NCBI GenBank assembly: GCA_963666285.1
Contig: OY762711.1
Length of the DNA: 64,000 nucleotides
Source: Sedimentisphaerales bacterium
GTDB lineage: Bacteria; Planctomycetota; Phycisphaerae; Sedimentisphaerales; SM23-30
Reading direction: 5' to 3' (one strand)
The first letter of the stretch is position 1. Every line of letters begins with the position of its first letter. Positions 31,701 to 42,371 of the stretch are shown here, in pieces. Position numbers and translations under genes: made by a program. The notes beneath the pieces were generated by a model. It was not told where the DNA came from, searched no databases, and saw only the letters and a program-made list of their open reading frames with translations.

Positions 31701-33269
31701 CTCGATATGAACATCTGTTGCAAGGCTCGTCTGAACCAGCTCTTCTCCATCACTACCAGTTTCTATTGCCCAACTGCTTATACTGCTTTGACTACCCATC
31801 TCAAAACTGCGATTCCATATCATATCGCCCCAGAGACCGCCATTTACAGAATGATAGATGTGTTCCAGGAAATGGCCATAAACTTTTTCATCAATTTCAT
31901 TTAATATATTGGCAGTATTTATAAAATAACTGCTTTCATTTTCCTTGATAACCCCTCCGCTGATTGCTTCATTGTAGGTATATGTATCCTCTAGCCAATA
32001 TTCAGCAAAAGGTTCTAGCTCCAAAGAATCTTCAGTCATAAGCCAGAGTTTAGCTAATACAGAAAAGTCCACCAAATTTACCATGCAATCCAAGTCATAA
32101 TCAGACTCAAGGTATCCCCAAATACCGCAGGAATCGTCAGAAATAACTACATTAATAGAAGGAACGAAGTTGTTTACAAAAGTTTCATCATTGCTGTTTA
32201 CCGTATGCTCAATCACCATTGTATCAGAAAGCAGCTCCTGGCTACCGGCCATCTTCACTGTTATCGTTTTAGCCTGACTCCAGTCACTATCACTAAATGC
32301 AACATCCAAGCTTTGACCATCACCATTTCCTACATCTAATCCTGATGGCGGAACTACTGTTACTATTACATCATCTGACGGCTGTTTTGCCAGTACAATA
32401 GTATAATCATCGGAATAATCAGTATCATTTCTATACAACACTGTTATGCCATCTGACTCATTAAAAATCACCGGATTATAAAATAGAAACTCTGCTGGAG
32501 CTAGAACCGTATCTGAAAATCGTACATTATCAAAATACCCCACAATCTGGTCAACATTATTACCATTATACCATCCCCTGCCGAATGTCCAGCTGTTACC
32601 TGATTGAGCCAGAGCATTTTCCGCTGGCGTCTGATAAGAAATATCTAATTCACCTACAACCTGATAACCATTGCTATCAAGTTTATCACAATACATCGTT
32701 AAGGTTATACCATCACAAACCAATACGAAATGATACCAATGGTTAGTTACTGGAACAAAATCACTATCCAGAATCCACCGTTCTCCACCAACTGTTTTAT
32801 AATTCAGTCTGAATCTGTCATCAACACCATTATTCTGAAAATAAAAATCTGACTCTGCTTCATTTTGACTCGAACCATCACGACCTATAATTGTATTCCA
32901 GTCTGACAAACTGTCAAGCTTGACAGAAATTTCAATTGTCCATAACTGAGGAGACCATGTATTCAAAAAGGTATCCGTAATATAACCATCTTGTCCTCCA
33001 TTACAGTACGCACTCAAACCGCTCCCAATAGAGGTATCATCTGAAAATGTTGGACCATAAGTAGTATTATACCCCCTCATAATATAACCATTAATTAAAT
33101 CTTCAGAACCACTGGAAGGCATATCAGAGAATGATAAACCATCCGTTCCATCATTAAAATCCCAATACGCTATTGTTGCACTATAAAGATTCACTCCCAT
33201 GCAAATCAAAACAATAACTATTTTTTTAATTATTGTTATATTTTTCATACCAATTTCTCCTATTGCCAA
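28728..33269 (-). CDS. LamG + dockerin-like + GH51 (with DUF1080-like insert) + C-terminal GH43-like
   Basis: YGHFLEH, RWPGGC, EIDNE, NSEWN; C-terminal MRDPSI/WAPE/VIDA/WVEGP; DYDLDCMVNLVDFSVLAKLWL motif. Confidence 0.8.
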   Translation of the reverse strand: MAIGEIGMKNITIIKKIVIVLICMGVNLYSATIAYWDFNDGTDGLSFSDMPSSGSEDLINGYIMRGYNTTYGPTFSDDTSIGSGLSAYCNGGQDGYITDTFLNTWSPQLWTIEISVKLDSLSDWNTIIGRDGSSQNEAESDFYFQNNGVDDRFRLNYKTVGGERWILDSDFVPVTNHWYHFVLVCDGITLTMYCDKLDSNGYQVVGELDISYQTPAENALAQSGNSWTFGRGWYNGNNVDQIVGYFDNVRFSDTVLAPAEFLFYNPVIFNESDGITVLYRNDTDYSDDYTIVLAKQPSDDVIVTVVPPSGLDVGNGDGQSLDVAFSDSDWSQAKTITVKMAGSQELLSDTMVIEHTVNSNDETFVNNFVPSINVVISDDSCGIWGYLESDYDLDCMVNLVDFSVLAKLWLMTEDSLELEPFAEYWLEDTYTYNEAISGGVIKENESSYFINTANILNEIDEKVYGHFLEHIYHSVNGGLWGDMIWNRSFEMGSQSSISSWAIETGSDGEELVQTSLATDVHIEFGDINWTNYELSLQAQKNSGDEGFLVVFRAPDSSNLYWLNIGGWGNTQHAIEKEVNGGRSVLDSISGSIITDQWYDIRIRCENQIIQVWLDDTLIFAVTDDSSPYLSGNVGVGTWNTQARFRNIEVTDLSAQPAVLYSGLPDLDNLPFGADFWTKYGSADVSMSTDALNDEFSVGISGDGVSGLQQGNFKFSQQAYHGSLWMKGSLPSGIVVLLLDGETILGQSAVLVPTSSWAEYEFSIISNGESDNGSLRIQLQGAGDVYIDQVSMMSQDSIDTGGYRPDLLEAVSELRPPIIRWPGGCYASAYFWKECIGPQYEHRKYPISLWDDQDTNSYGPDEFLRMCEIIDSEPLLVVNSGVLDATCGVSIPYKLSDEQYLQDALDWMEYCNGDVTTTWGALRAENGHPEPYNVTYWEIDNETWIAGSASYAEKVLEFAPAMRAKAEELGTPIVIIVCGGNGLDMAWNEDIIDSCADVIDFISVHNYDDAGEHKSGPIAYDSFLTTLESYIASSSNPEVKIYNSEWNLQTTDWRTGLYAGGILNVFERHGGEFKIGGPALFLRHTSATGWDNAFINFDHTGWFAAPNYIIMKLWWDHFGPYLVETEADDDYLNVNSVLSEDHKTLYVRLVNPDETARSVELEVDNTFVVESAYMDYVSPGDLYARNTLEETDAVRVQSKLVGQDSQTIRFNMPGYSAGIVTISTTELHKTKFLYSYFQGNGDGLHLAYSEDGMTFTALNNDVPYITPSVGGNLMRDPSICQGPDGMFHMVWTTGWWDDGIGIAHSADMVNWSEQTYLPVMAHESNALNCWAPEIFYDEVTNKYLIFWATTIDGEFQETYNPDDDNNHRIYYVSTDDFATYTDTALFYDPGFNVIDAFITKDDDRYVMVVKDETKAPVAAKNFHLAFSDNAAGPYGSASASISPSGLWVEGPSMIKVGKEWIIYFDAYSNGYMGALASDDMVIWTNISSQVSFPSGTRHGTVFRVTSDILDNLLN

Positions 33270-33353
33270 AGAATAAATTACTTTTTAACTATATTCTATA
33301 TTCTCTTTATACCCCTTTGTTTTACCACAAAAGACTTGAAGAATAAATCAATC

Positions 33354-35006
33354 CTACTCTAATACAATAACCGGATTCTCAAAAACTCCATAATCCATAT
33401 CTATAGGTGTCAAAACCATATTATTATACTTTCGGCCTTCTGGGTCTTCACCATCGGTTACTATAAGAGTTAGAAAACGATCATCGTCCAAAATATCTAT
33501 CTCAATACACCCGTCAACTTTTTGCTCGTTATATTGCACCCTCTTGAATCTCAATTCACCATCAATAAGAACGTAAAAATCTGCATTCAGCAACCGTGGC
33601 GGTCTGGCAATCAATCCAAACCCGCTTTTAAATTTCGCAATCTTAGTGCCAGGCAGCATAGCTCTTATCGCATCAAGATCATAAGTTACACCAAGATTAG
33701 CATGCATCAAAATATATGATTCTTTATCATATTCAATATATTCATATAAAAGTAAACGTTCGAGTTCCGTATTCTCCGGAGTATTTATTACTCCGGAATA
33801 AGTCATTCCACAGGAAACAGGGCATTCTTTAAAAACATGTCCATAAGAACTGACTATCTGTTCAGTTTTGCCATTCGGAACAAACACTCCGTCAATAAGA
33901 GGGTTCTGTGAAACAAACTGATATACGTTTGATAGTGTTCGATTACCAAACTCAAGCTTATATGATTGTCCTGTACCAGGATCTATGCCAACATTTCTTT
34001 TTCCGCTACCAAAACCATTGCCTCCACCAACAATATCTGCCAGATCAATAATATTGTTTCCACGCCAGACAAAGTTGTCTCTTGAATCAAATGATCTGAC
34101 AAAATGCTCTTCATCAAACTCTATATCAGTAACTTCTGCAGTATTAGCCGCAATTTTTTTTGCCTGCCCTTTTAAGACATCAATGCTCGCTCTCCCTGAA
34201 TCTTTACCTGCAATTAACGCAGTTCTTCCCTTCACAACCTGCAAATATGTATCGCCCCATTTGTCAGTTTCTACACCAAACTCTGTTCCCATATCAATTA
34301 TTATCGCATTGGGTGTATAAACTGAAAAACCAATCGCTTCCTGAGGAACTGATGCATATAATTTACCAGACTGAAGACCAATCCTGTCAGTTGACAATAC
34401 CTGGTATTCTGCCGGAGCTTCCAAAATAACCTTTACACCATTATCAAAATTTAACTTCACAAAACCTTCCAGCAATGTATACGAATCAAATACTTCTGAC
34501 TCTCTACTTCCAGAATTTTTAACATTTTTCGTTTCTACAATCTTTGCATTATATTGATCTGAAATAGATGCATAATGAGGATGCTCCTGAGACAAACCAT
34601 ATTTCAAAATAAACACTACCATAAATACAGCAGCAACAGAAATAATTGCCCTAAAAGCAATCTTGGTTTTATTCCATACCCTTGGCTTAGGTGGCAAAAT
34701 AGGATCTTCAAATCGAAAGTCATAATGCTTCGGAGGAAACAGTGGTGCTATATTTTCATATTCAGCTAATGCATTCAAAACAGATGGGTCAAGATTGTTA
34801 CGGATATCCTGGTTTAGAATCTCAAATGAATCTCCTAAATATTCCAAGCCGATGTTTATATCCATAACTTCAAAATACAGCCTTCTAATCTCTGGATCAT
34901 ATAATAATTCTTCCAGGCGAATACCATCATCATATGTTAACTCACCTTCGGTATACAAGCTGACAAGGCGAACTAATTCATGTAAGAGTTTTTCTGACTC
35001 AGCCAT
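33354..35006 (-). CDS. FecR-like anti-sigma factor
   Basis: IDMGTEFGV; paralog of 449..2131 (IDLADIVGGG.GFG.G, IDGVFVPNG shared). Confidence 0.85.
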   Translation of the reverse strand: MAESEKLLHELVRLVSLYTEGELTYDDGIRLEELLYDPEIRRLYFEVMDINIGLEYLGDSFEILNQDIRNNLDPSVLNALAEYENIAPLFPPKHYDFRFEDPILPPKPRVWNKTKIAFRAIISVAAVFMVVFILKYGLSQEHPHYASISDQYNAKIVETKNVKNSGSRESEVFDSYTLLEGFVKLNFDNGVKVILEAPAEYQVLSTDRIGLQSGKLYASVPQEAIGFSVYTPNAIIIDMGTEFGVETDKWGDTYLQVVKGRTALIAGKDSGRASIDVLKGQAKKIAANTAEVTDIEFDEEHFVRSFDSRDNFVWRGNNIIDLADIVGGGNGFGSGKRNVGIDPGTGQSYKLEFGNRTLSNVYQFVSQNPLIDGVFVPNGKTEQIVSSYGHVFKECPVSCGMTYSGVINTPENTELERLLLYEYIEYDKESYILMHANLGVTYDLDAIRAMLPGTKIAKFKSGFGLIARPPRLLNADFYVLIDGELRFKRVQYNEQKVDGCIEIDILDDDRFLTLIVTDGEDPEGRKYNNMVLTPIDMDYGVFENPVIVLE

Positions 35007-35556
35007 TTATGCCGCCCTCATCTAAACGTAAAGTTAATCGGACACATTTTGCCAGATTTCCATGTATACGGTATATATTTTTATGCACAGCTGAAATCGA
35101 GTAACCTATTCGCCTGGCAATATTATCAAAGGTCAAACCCTTTTCATACCTTAGACTTATCAACTCTTTTTCCTTACTTGCAAGCTTGGAAGTGCACTTC
35201 TTTAACACATCTATCTTTTCTAACAAATTATCACATCGATGCTGTGATTCTGAATCGGTATGTAGTAATTCTATTACTTCAGTACCAAATAGATAATGAT
35301 TTCTATTTTTTTTCTGAGAGTAACTCAATACTTTATATTTGGCGATTGTCATTCCCCAGGAATCAAAACTTGTACCATCTTCAAACATATGAAATTTATT
35401 CCACATCTCTGTTAAGGTTTCCTGAAGTATATCATCTGCATCATTCCTGTTGGGTACCAAATAGCGAATAAAAGTATAAATTCTCCTCTGGTTAGCAACC
35501 AGAAGAGTCATAAATCGCTCTGTCTCAATGTTGTCTTTATTATTTTCCGGCATCAA
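34999..35556 (-). CDS. ECF sigma-70 factor
   Basis: DADDILQET..W.KF..FEDGTSFDSWGMTIAKY; overlaps the FecR gene. Confidence 0.9.
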   Translation of the reverse strand: MMPENNKDNIETERFMTLLVANQRRIYTFIRYLVPNRNDADDILQETLTEMWNKFHMFEDGTSFDSWGMTIAKYKVLSYSQKKNRNHYLFGTEVIELLHTDSESQHRCDNLLEKIDVLKKCTSKLASKEKELISLRYEKGLTFDNIARRIGYSISAVHKNIYRIHGNLAKCVRLTLRLDEGGING

Positions 35557-35779
35557 GGCTTTCCTTAAATATCCAAATATTTATATTCCATGAGCTTACA
35601 TTTAATTAATTCGTCAAATGACTCTGATTTTCACTGAAAAATACCTTATATCTTCTGTAAATAATTTAAGATTTAATAATAGCTCTGTAAATAACTATTA
35701 ACAAGTAACTTATAATAAATTTAATATCTAACTCATATTAGATTATTATCTTTTTTTTCAAATATGACTAATATCGGAC

Positions 35780-38700
35780 TTATCTATTTGCAAAGTCTGC
35801 AATTTCTGTCGATGACAGGCCAGTGTTATAAATTTTTACTTCATCAATCATTCCTTTGAAATAACCAACCGGGGTCTGAACTCCGGGTTCCATGTCGCTA
35901 TCATATGCTCCAACCAGAACATCTTCTGTAAATGCGGTATCAATTACCGCATCTAAACCAGCGGCATTTGTTTCAATTTCAACCCCATCGACATACAGCT
36001 TAACCTGGTTTATATTGCCTATACCATCCGGTAGTACCATTGCCACATGATGCCAGGTACCATCTTCCAGATCTGAACCTCCATACAGTCGAGCACCGTA
36101 GATTGCCAATGACAATTGCCCGGCTAAATCCAGCATTAAAATCATCTTCCTTTTCAGATCAACTGAATCCCCTTTTCCCCACGACGCTATGGCATGTAAA
36201 CCTGTTTCGCTGTTTGTCAGATCTGCATCTGCATTTATCCAGACTGATATTGTCCGAGGATTGGCTCCACTAATACCTCGATAATCTTTGACATAAACAT
36301 AATCATCTTCACCATCAAATACCAGACCACCACCAACATAGCCTGAAGCTGGAACTGGACCATTAACAAAATACACAGTACGACCGTAGATGGAATCATC
36401 CACAACTGACTCATTTTCAATAGTAGAAAAACTCAAATTTAGCTGAAGCGATTCATCAATCAGCCAAAATTGTGACATGATCGAAAAATCTAACAAATCC
36501 ACCCGTTCATCACTATTAAGACTTGCCCCATTGCACGCAGGAAAATCTAAACAGTCATAATTCAGCCAATTTGAGACTAAGCCAGATAAATCTTCGACAC
36601 CCTGGGTACCAGAGTAAATATTATCTATCTCAATCTGTAATTGAGCTGTATCATAAGAACCAGAACCGTTATCAACCCTTACCGTAAAAATATTTGTACC
36701 AACATCTGTATCAGAAGGCATTCCAGAAAATGACCCATCAGCTAAAACATTAAGCCAGTCTGGTCCAGAAACCTTACTATAATCAATGCCGTATTGAGAG
36801 TAGTTCGCTAGCGAATTACCTGAATACATTTCTAACTCAACACCTTTGGTATTAATAATCTGATCAGAAGTAAATGATGGCGGAAGACTCAGCAACGCAA
36901 TCTCATCAACGCTTAATGCGTAATTATATATACGAAAATCATCTATCCTGCCGTTAAATAACGGGTCTGAAGACCATTGGCTGTCACCTATATAATTAAC
37001 CTGTGGATTGAAATCACTCGGATTAATCGTCATTGAAGCATTTGTGGCTTTGAGAATACCATTTACATAAAGGTTTCCCGTATCGTCATTTAGAGTAACA
37101 GCAACGTGTATCCACACTCCAGTAGAAGGTGAAGAAGATTCCAAAATCTGCTCGGTGGCGCCATTTTTAATTGCAAATCTGATAGTAGAACTACTTGAAT
37201 TTGGCGTTAAAAACAGATACTGGCTAGTATCATTTCCAAAGTCAAAAATTCTTTGCCATGTATCAGAAGAAGACAGGTAGAACCAGCAGGCAATAGTAAA
37301 ATCATCAGTATTGAGAACGTTAGCAGGAACAGTCAGGTAATCGTCTGAACCATCAAAACTAATCGCCTGCCGATCGACTTTCCCATCGATATATGCCGGA
37401 CTGCCATATTCGTCAGCATCGAAATTGCCGGTACTGTCAAGAGCATTCCCTTCGAAAGGATAATATGCCGTTGGTGTGTCAAAGTTTCCAAAGGTAGTTA
37501 CACTTACAGGGCTGGAAGATTCTCCTACATTGCCCTGACTATCTCGCATTGTAACAGTATATGAATACTGAGTTAACGGCTGCAGGCCAGTATCAGAATA
37601 AACCGGTGAAGTTTGCCATTCGCTACTGGTACCTCCATTATTACCGGAAACTTCAGTAAATAAATATTCAATTTCGCCATAAGGACTGTAACCCGTTACA
37701 GCTGTCATAGATACGGAAAACGAGCTATTTGCGGTCGGCAATACGGTAAATCTGGCCGGATCAGGCGTAGGGCCGTCCGTTTCATCGCCCACAAGCTGAA
37801 TATACGGAACAGGCGGATCGCTCATGCCAGCACCAATGTAGAAACCAGGATGAGGCGGCTGGTTATATCCACAGCATTGCCAGGCCATTGCCAGTCGATA
37901 TTGCGGGTCATGCATAAATGTATATATACGGTATCCGGTAACTTCAGTAGAAACAAAAATTCTCAATTTTGTATTATCTGAAGATCGAAGTAGAATTTCT
38001 TCACGCCAGTCGCCGAGAATATCACCAGAAAGGCACGGGTTACCCTTGGTATAGTTATTACTAGCTGTACTATAAGAAGATGGGATATTATAAAAGCTTA
38101 TCAACCTATCAACACCGTTTCCGTTCCACTTGTTAAGAATCGGGTTAGCACCGGTACTACCAACAGCATCAAGCAGCTCTCGCTGAAGGTCGCCGGTCCA
38201 CCAGGCAAGGAAATTCATATCGGAACACCTAGTAGTGCTAAGTTGCGTGCCGTCAGCATTATAGGTGCCATCGGCAGCATAAGACCATACCTGATAACCA
38301 GTAAATCTCGAGTCAATATGAGCGGCACAGCACCTGCCGATATCGCCCTCACTATAATGGTCAATAAGAATCTCACCGGTGCCGGCATCTATCAGAGTGG
38401 CACCACCAAGCGTTGTTTCGATACACCGCCAGACTTCAAGGCCCGGTCGGTCAGGCAGCATATCGCCTAGATGGATAGCATCACCATGTCCAAGTGCAGT
38501 AGTATAAAGTCCGGTACCATCGTGATCTACACACATGCCGCCATAGACAATCTCATCTTTGCCGTCACTGTCCACATCACCAACGCTTAAATTGTGATTA
38601 CCCTGAGCATCATATCCGGGCCATTGCTCGCTGGTAAAATGCCAGAGTTTAGATAGTTTTCCACCCCTGAAATTCCATCCTTCCATTTTGGTTAGACCGT

Positions 38701-40531
38701 AAATGCCACGACAAATAACCAATGAAGGCTTATAGCCATCCAGGTAAGCAACGACCATATGGAACTTATTGGCACGATGGCCATAGGTATCGCCCCACTG
38801 GCTGAGAGCCACTCTAGGAATGTAGTTTGCCCTATCCAATTCGACACCGGTACGCCCATCAAAGATCGATAAAAATTCAGGCCCGGCATCAATATATCCA
38901 TCACCTTCATAACCGAAACTGCGATAATCGGTAATCCCATCGCCATTGGTATCACCAATGGTATTACCAGAATAGTCAGTCATGCCTTCACAAGTTCTTA
39001 AGGCTACTTCGGCATAACCGTCACTATCAAAATCATAAACGATAGGGTCAATCTCTACCATTGACAAGTGGTTAGGTCCAAGGTTAATCCTCCATTGGAA
39101 AGTTCCATCAAGCTTATATGCTTCAATAACCGGATATTCATCCCTGTCAGATGAAAATCTTTTTGCAACAATCTCATAAACACCATCACCATCAAGGTCA
39201 CCAACAGCACAATCATTAAGCTCATAAGACCAATCGGTATCACCGGGAACTCTCTGCATATCAATGGTATAGAAAGGGTCGGTATTGACAGAAACCGTAT
39301 TGGAAAACTCTATTTCCTGACCATCTAAAACAGCAGTAATACTATAAGTGGAAGAAGTAGAGCCAACACTATCAACATAATTAGTTGAGCCGGTGATTGG
39401 AGATGAATTTAATTTGACGCTTCCACGATAGACATTAAACGCAATATTTTCGGGGTCTGTACCAAACAAACGCCAGCCGATATAATTTGAAGAACCACTT
39501 CTCATAGCAATCAGGCCGCGATCGATTTTTTCCATCTTGCGAGGCTGAAGAGCAGCAACAGGTTTGAAAGACCATACCTGGCCTTTAATAACGGAAGAAG
39601 AATAAACAGTGTCAACTCTCCAGTAGTAAGTCTGACCATCGGCCAAAGTATATGGAACAGAAATAGAACTGCCAGAGGTACTACCAATAAATTCATCGTC
39701 AGATGTATCGGCATTATTAACTGCAGAAAGAACTGTTCCAAAATAAACCCTGCTTGAGACGGCTAAAGTACCAGGTTTCCAGCTAAGCGTATCAGTACCA
39801 ACAACTTCTGTTGCATCCCATGGGACAGGAAGCGAAGAGCCTGTAATTTTTTCAGCAGTAACACATGTTCTATTCATTTCAGATTGATATTCGACAATAA
39901 CCGCAGAATCAGCCGCGGTAGTGATTGTGCCGTTATCGACAAGATTCTGGAACCATGCAGTATCATTTCCACTAATATAGCAGAATCCGCCCTCTTCGAT
40001 ATATATATGACCGTAACCGCTACTGTAGCTAATCTGTGGACGAGAGGAGAAATATACAATCCCCTCCAATATCCTTAAGGTTCCATTACCTCCACTATAT
40101 CTGCCAATATACATGGTATATTTGGAAGTTAAGTAACCACCATCAATAGTTACGACACCAGTTCCACTACTACCGATATAGACATAACCTCGCATATTAA
40201 CAGAACCATTTTTGATGACAACATCACCATTAAGAGTATTATTACCGTAAGGATAATGTTCTCCACCAGTTATAGTAAAAAGAGCACCTTCGGTTGTACT
40301 AAGTGCATTTGGCCGGGTAGAAAGACCATAGTTTAGAATAGGGTCATAATTTGTGCCTGGTCCAATAGTAAGCACATCTCCGGTGTCATCAGTCACATCG
40401 ACAACCGGATTCCAGTTAGCCGAATCTTCAAAATCAGTACTTACGCTGCCCTCCCAGGTTGCGGTATCAGCGTAAGTACAAGATAGTACAGAAACTAGAA
40501 CTGTAATAATAAATAATGGTGTCCTATTCAT
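35780..40531 (-). CDS. PL11 rhamnogalacturonan lyase (YesW-like) with FN3, LamG, Ig-like and dockerin-like modules
   Basis: MEKIDRGLIA..WRL, VGDLDGDG.YE, QGNHNLSVGDVD, GHGDAIH, NNYTKGNP, GDWREE, YNQPPH. Confidence 0.9.
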   Translation of the reverse strand: MNRTPLFIITVLVSVLSCTYADTATWEGSVSTDFEDSANWNPVVDVTDDTGDVLTIGPGTNYDPILNYGLSTRPNALSTTEGALFTITGGEHYPYGNNTLNGDVVIKNGSVNMRGYVYIGSSGTGVVTIDGGYLTSKYTMYIGRYSGGNGTLRILEGIVYFSSRPQISYSSGYGHIYIEEGGFCYISGNDTAWFQNLVDNGTITTAADSAVIVEYQSEMNRTCVTAEKITGSSLPVPWDATEVVGTDTLSWKPGTLAVSSRVYFGTVLSAVNNADTSDDEFIGSTSGSSISVPYTLADGQTYYWRVDTVYSSSVIKGQVWSFKPVAALQPRKMEKIDRGLIAMRSGSSNYIGWRLFGTDPENIAFNVYRGSVKLNSSPITGSTNYVDSVGSTSSTYSITAVLDGQEIEFSNTVSVNTDPFYTIDMQRVPGDTDWSYELNDCAVGDLDGDGVYEIVAKRFSSDRDEYPVIEAYKLDGTFQWRINLGPNHLSMVEIDPIVYDFDSDGYAEVALRTCEGMTDYSGNTIGDTNGDGITDYRSFGYEGDGYIDAGPEFLSIFDGRTGVELDRANYIPRVALSQWGDTYGHRANKFHMVVAYLDGYKPSLVICRGIYGLTKMEGWNFRGGKLSKLWHFTSEQWPGYDAQGNHNLSVGDVDSDGKDEIVYGGMCVDHDGTGLYTTALGHGDAIHLGDMLPDRPGLEVWRCIETTLGGATLIDAGTGEILIDHYSEGDIGRCCAAHIDSRFTGYQVWSYAADGTYNADGTQLSTTRCSDMNFLAWWTGDLQRELLDAVGSTGANPILNKWNGNGVDRLISFYNIPSSYSTASNNYTKGNPCLSGDILGDWREEILLRSSDNTKLRIFVSTEVTGYRIYTFMHDPQYRLAMAWQCCGYNQPPHPGFYIGAGMSDPPVPYIQLVGDETDGPTPDPARFTVLPTANSSFSVSMTAVTGYSPYGEIEYLFTEVSGNNGGTSSEWQTSPVYSDTGLQPLTQYSYTVTMRDSQGNVGESSSPVSVTTFGNFDTPTAYYPFEGNALDSTGNFDADEYGSPAYIDGKVDRQAISFDGSDDYLTVPANVLNTDDFTIACWFYLSSSDTWQRIFDFGNDTSQYLFLTPNSSSSTIRFAIKNGATEQILESSSPSTGVWIHVAVTLNDDTGNLYVNGILKATNASMTINPSDFNPQVNYIGDSQWSSDPLFNGRIDDFRIYNYALSVDEIALLSLPPSFTSDQIINTKGVELEMYSGNSLANYSQYGIDYSKVSGPDWLNVLADGSFSGMPSDTDVGTNIFTVRVDNGSGSYDTAQLQIEIDNIYSGTQGVEDLSGLVSNWLNYDCLDFPACNGASLNSDERVDLLDFSIMSQFWLIDESLQLNLSFSTIENESVVDDSIYGRTVYFVNGPVPASGYVGGGLVFDGEDDYVYVKDYRGISGANPRTISVWINADADLTNSETGLHAIASWGKGDSVDLKRKMILMLDLAGQLSLAIYGARLYGGSDLEDGTWHHVAMVLPDGIGNINQVKLYVDGVEIETNAAGLDAVIDTAFTEDVLVGAYDSDMEPGVQTPVGYFKGMIDEVKIYNTGLSSTEIADFANR

Positions 40532-40843
40532 TAAAATCGAACCTTTCTCGCTTAAAGAAATGCTGTCTCTCTATTCAAACACAAACACTTTAAGGTATTA
40601 TACTTATCGGAAAAAAACAGGGGAAGAATTACCAGATACCAGATGATCACCATATAGTACCAGATAACATAAGCTGTTATAGAACATATTGTTAAATAGA
40701 TCAAATATAACAATATGGCAATATTGAGTATTAAATACTATTCCCCTGCTAATATAATCTAACAGACAAACGAAATTAAGTTGTTCATAAATCAATATGT
40801 TAAAGTGTTGTTTTTTTCACTGATTTTTACAGATTTTGTATAT

Positions 40844-41045
40844 AGTGCGGTTGCGCACTTTTGACTGTTCAACATTACACGCAAAGGCCAGAACAGGGCC
40901 TTGTGAATGAAAAACTTTATATTAAATTGTATTTCCGAGCTAATTCTCGAAAGTACATTTAATTCAAAGCGTTGCAGGAAGGCCCTTTTAGGCGATTTAC
41001 CAGAGGCACTTCGTTATTGCAACTTAAAAACTGCGAAAGTAAACT
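40844..41045. mobile_element. MITE-like element, copy 2
   Basis: Similar to 6943..7126 with ~18-nt insertion; ATAT/ATAT flanks in a TA run. Confidence 0.7.
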
Positions 41046-41589
41046 ATATATATAGATTATATAACAATTTAAATGGGCAATCCTACACCATTTTGCGTTA
41101 TAAAAGGTCCTGATTACGACAATGGTACAGATATGTAGATTGTTCTGGTACAAATGACTTAAGATAACAGATTAAACAGAAATTAAAACAGTTGGCGATA
41201 GTCAATTGCCAGTTAAAGATAGAAGGTTTAAAAGTTAAAAATATTTTAGCTTAGACTAAATTTATGTGGCCTAAAAGCTGGAAAATAATTGATTATACTT
41301 TTCAGTAATGGTGGTACCAAATGTGCAAAAATGGGCGATTTTGCCCCTCTTACGGCGGCGAACGGCGATGAATTGAGGCCTTACGGCGGGCGATGAACGA
41401 GAACGGCGGCGAACGGAGGAGCGCGGCGGGCAGCGGATTTTGTGGATATTTACGTAAGTTGTTATTTTTGGGCATTGGACCTACCAGATCTCGCGGAGCG
41501 GCGAGCTACACTAAATGAAAATTTAATAATTAAAAGTGAAAAATTAAGGTGTCCTGATGTACGTTGACATCAGGAATAATTCGCTGTCG

Positions 41590-42036
41590 CTCACGACTTG
41601 TTTTAAAGCTGACGCGTAAGAAAAATTCATGCCAAAATTTCGGCACCTGAAGGATGAGAAGAGTTAGAAGAAAGAAGCGAGGAGTGAGAAGGGAAAAAAA
41701 GCCCGGCGGCTCACACTTATTTTAAAGCTTACGCGGGAGTAAAGATTATATCAAAATTGCGGCATCTGAAGAATGATAAGAGTTAGAAGAAAGAAGCGAG
41801 GAGTGAGAAGGGAAAAAAAGCCCGGCGGCTCACACTTATTTTAAAGCTTACGCGGGAGTAAAGATTATATCAAAATTGCGGCATCTGAAGGATGAGAAGA
41901 GTTAGAAGAAAGAAGCGAGGAGCGAGAGGTAAAAGGTAAGTGTCGGCATGCCGACGATATTTAAACGCCGAAAGGCGGAAAAAAGCTTTACCACTGATAA
42001 GAAGAGTTAGAAGAAAGAAGCGAGGAGTGAGAGGTA
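41590..42036. repeat. 119-bp tandem repeat with purine-rich 32-nt core (4 core copies)
   Basis: Core GAAGAGTTAGAAGAAAGAAGCGAGGAGTGAGA at ~41658, 41777, 41896, 42001. Confidence 0.9.
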
Positions 42037-42371
42037 AATGCTTATCGCGAACTATTTAATAACTCCGCAAACTCAGAATCTGACGCAAATAACGCACATT
42101 TGAATGCTTATATTTATTGTTAGCTGACGCAAAAGTTGGCAGATTTTGAAATTGTTGTAAATTGTTCGGGTTTGGGGTATTATTATAGTTTGTGCCAAAG
42201 AAGATGAATTGTATAAAAATGGGTTACAATAACACAGAGTGTAAAACCGGTCGCGTTTTGAAGTGTAAATATCTGTAATATATAATCTTAAGAAAACAAG
42301 CCGGCCCTTATGCTATCTTTGTTGAGTTGCGATTGAGTATAATATTAAATATTTGATGTGGAGATTTTGTT

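Noticed and set aside
41120..41165. TAC..GTAGAT upstream of cas12a as a degenerate repeat (regulatory mini-array)
   Set aside because: Only GTAGAT matches; the TCTAC stem arm and AATTT are missing, and no convincing target was seen.
41590..42036. Second CRISPR array
   Set aside because: Intervals are ~75-90 nt and two are near-identical; the core is non-palindromic and unrelated to the Cas12a repeat.
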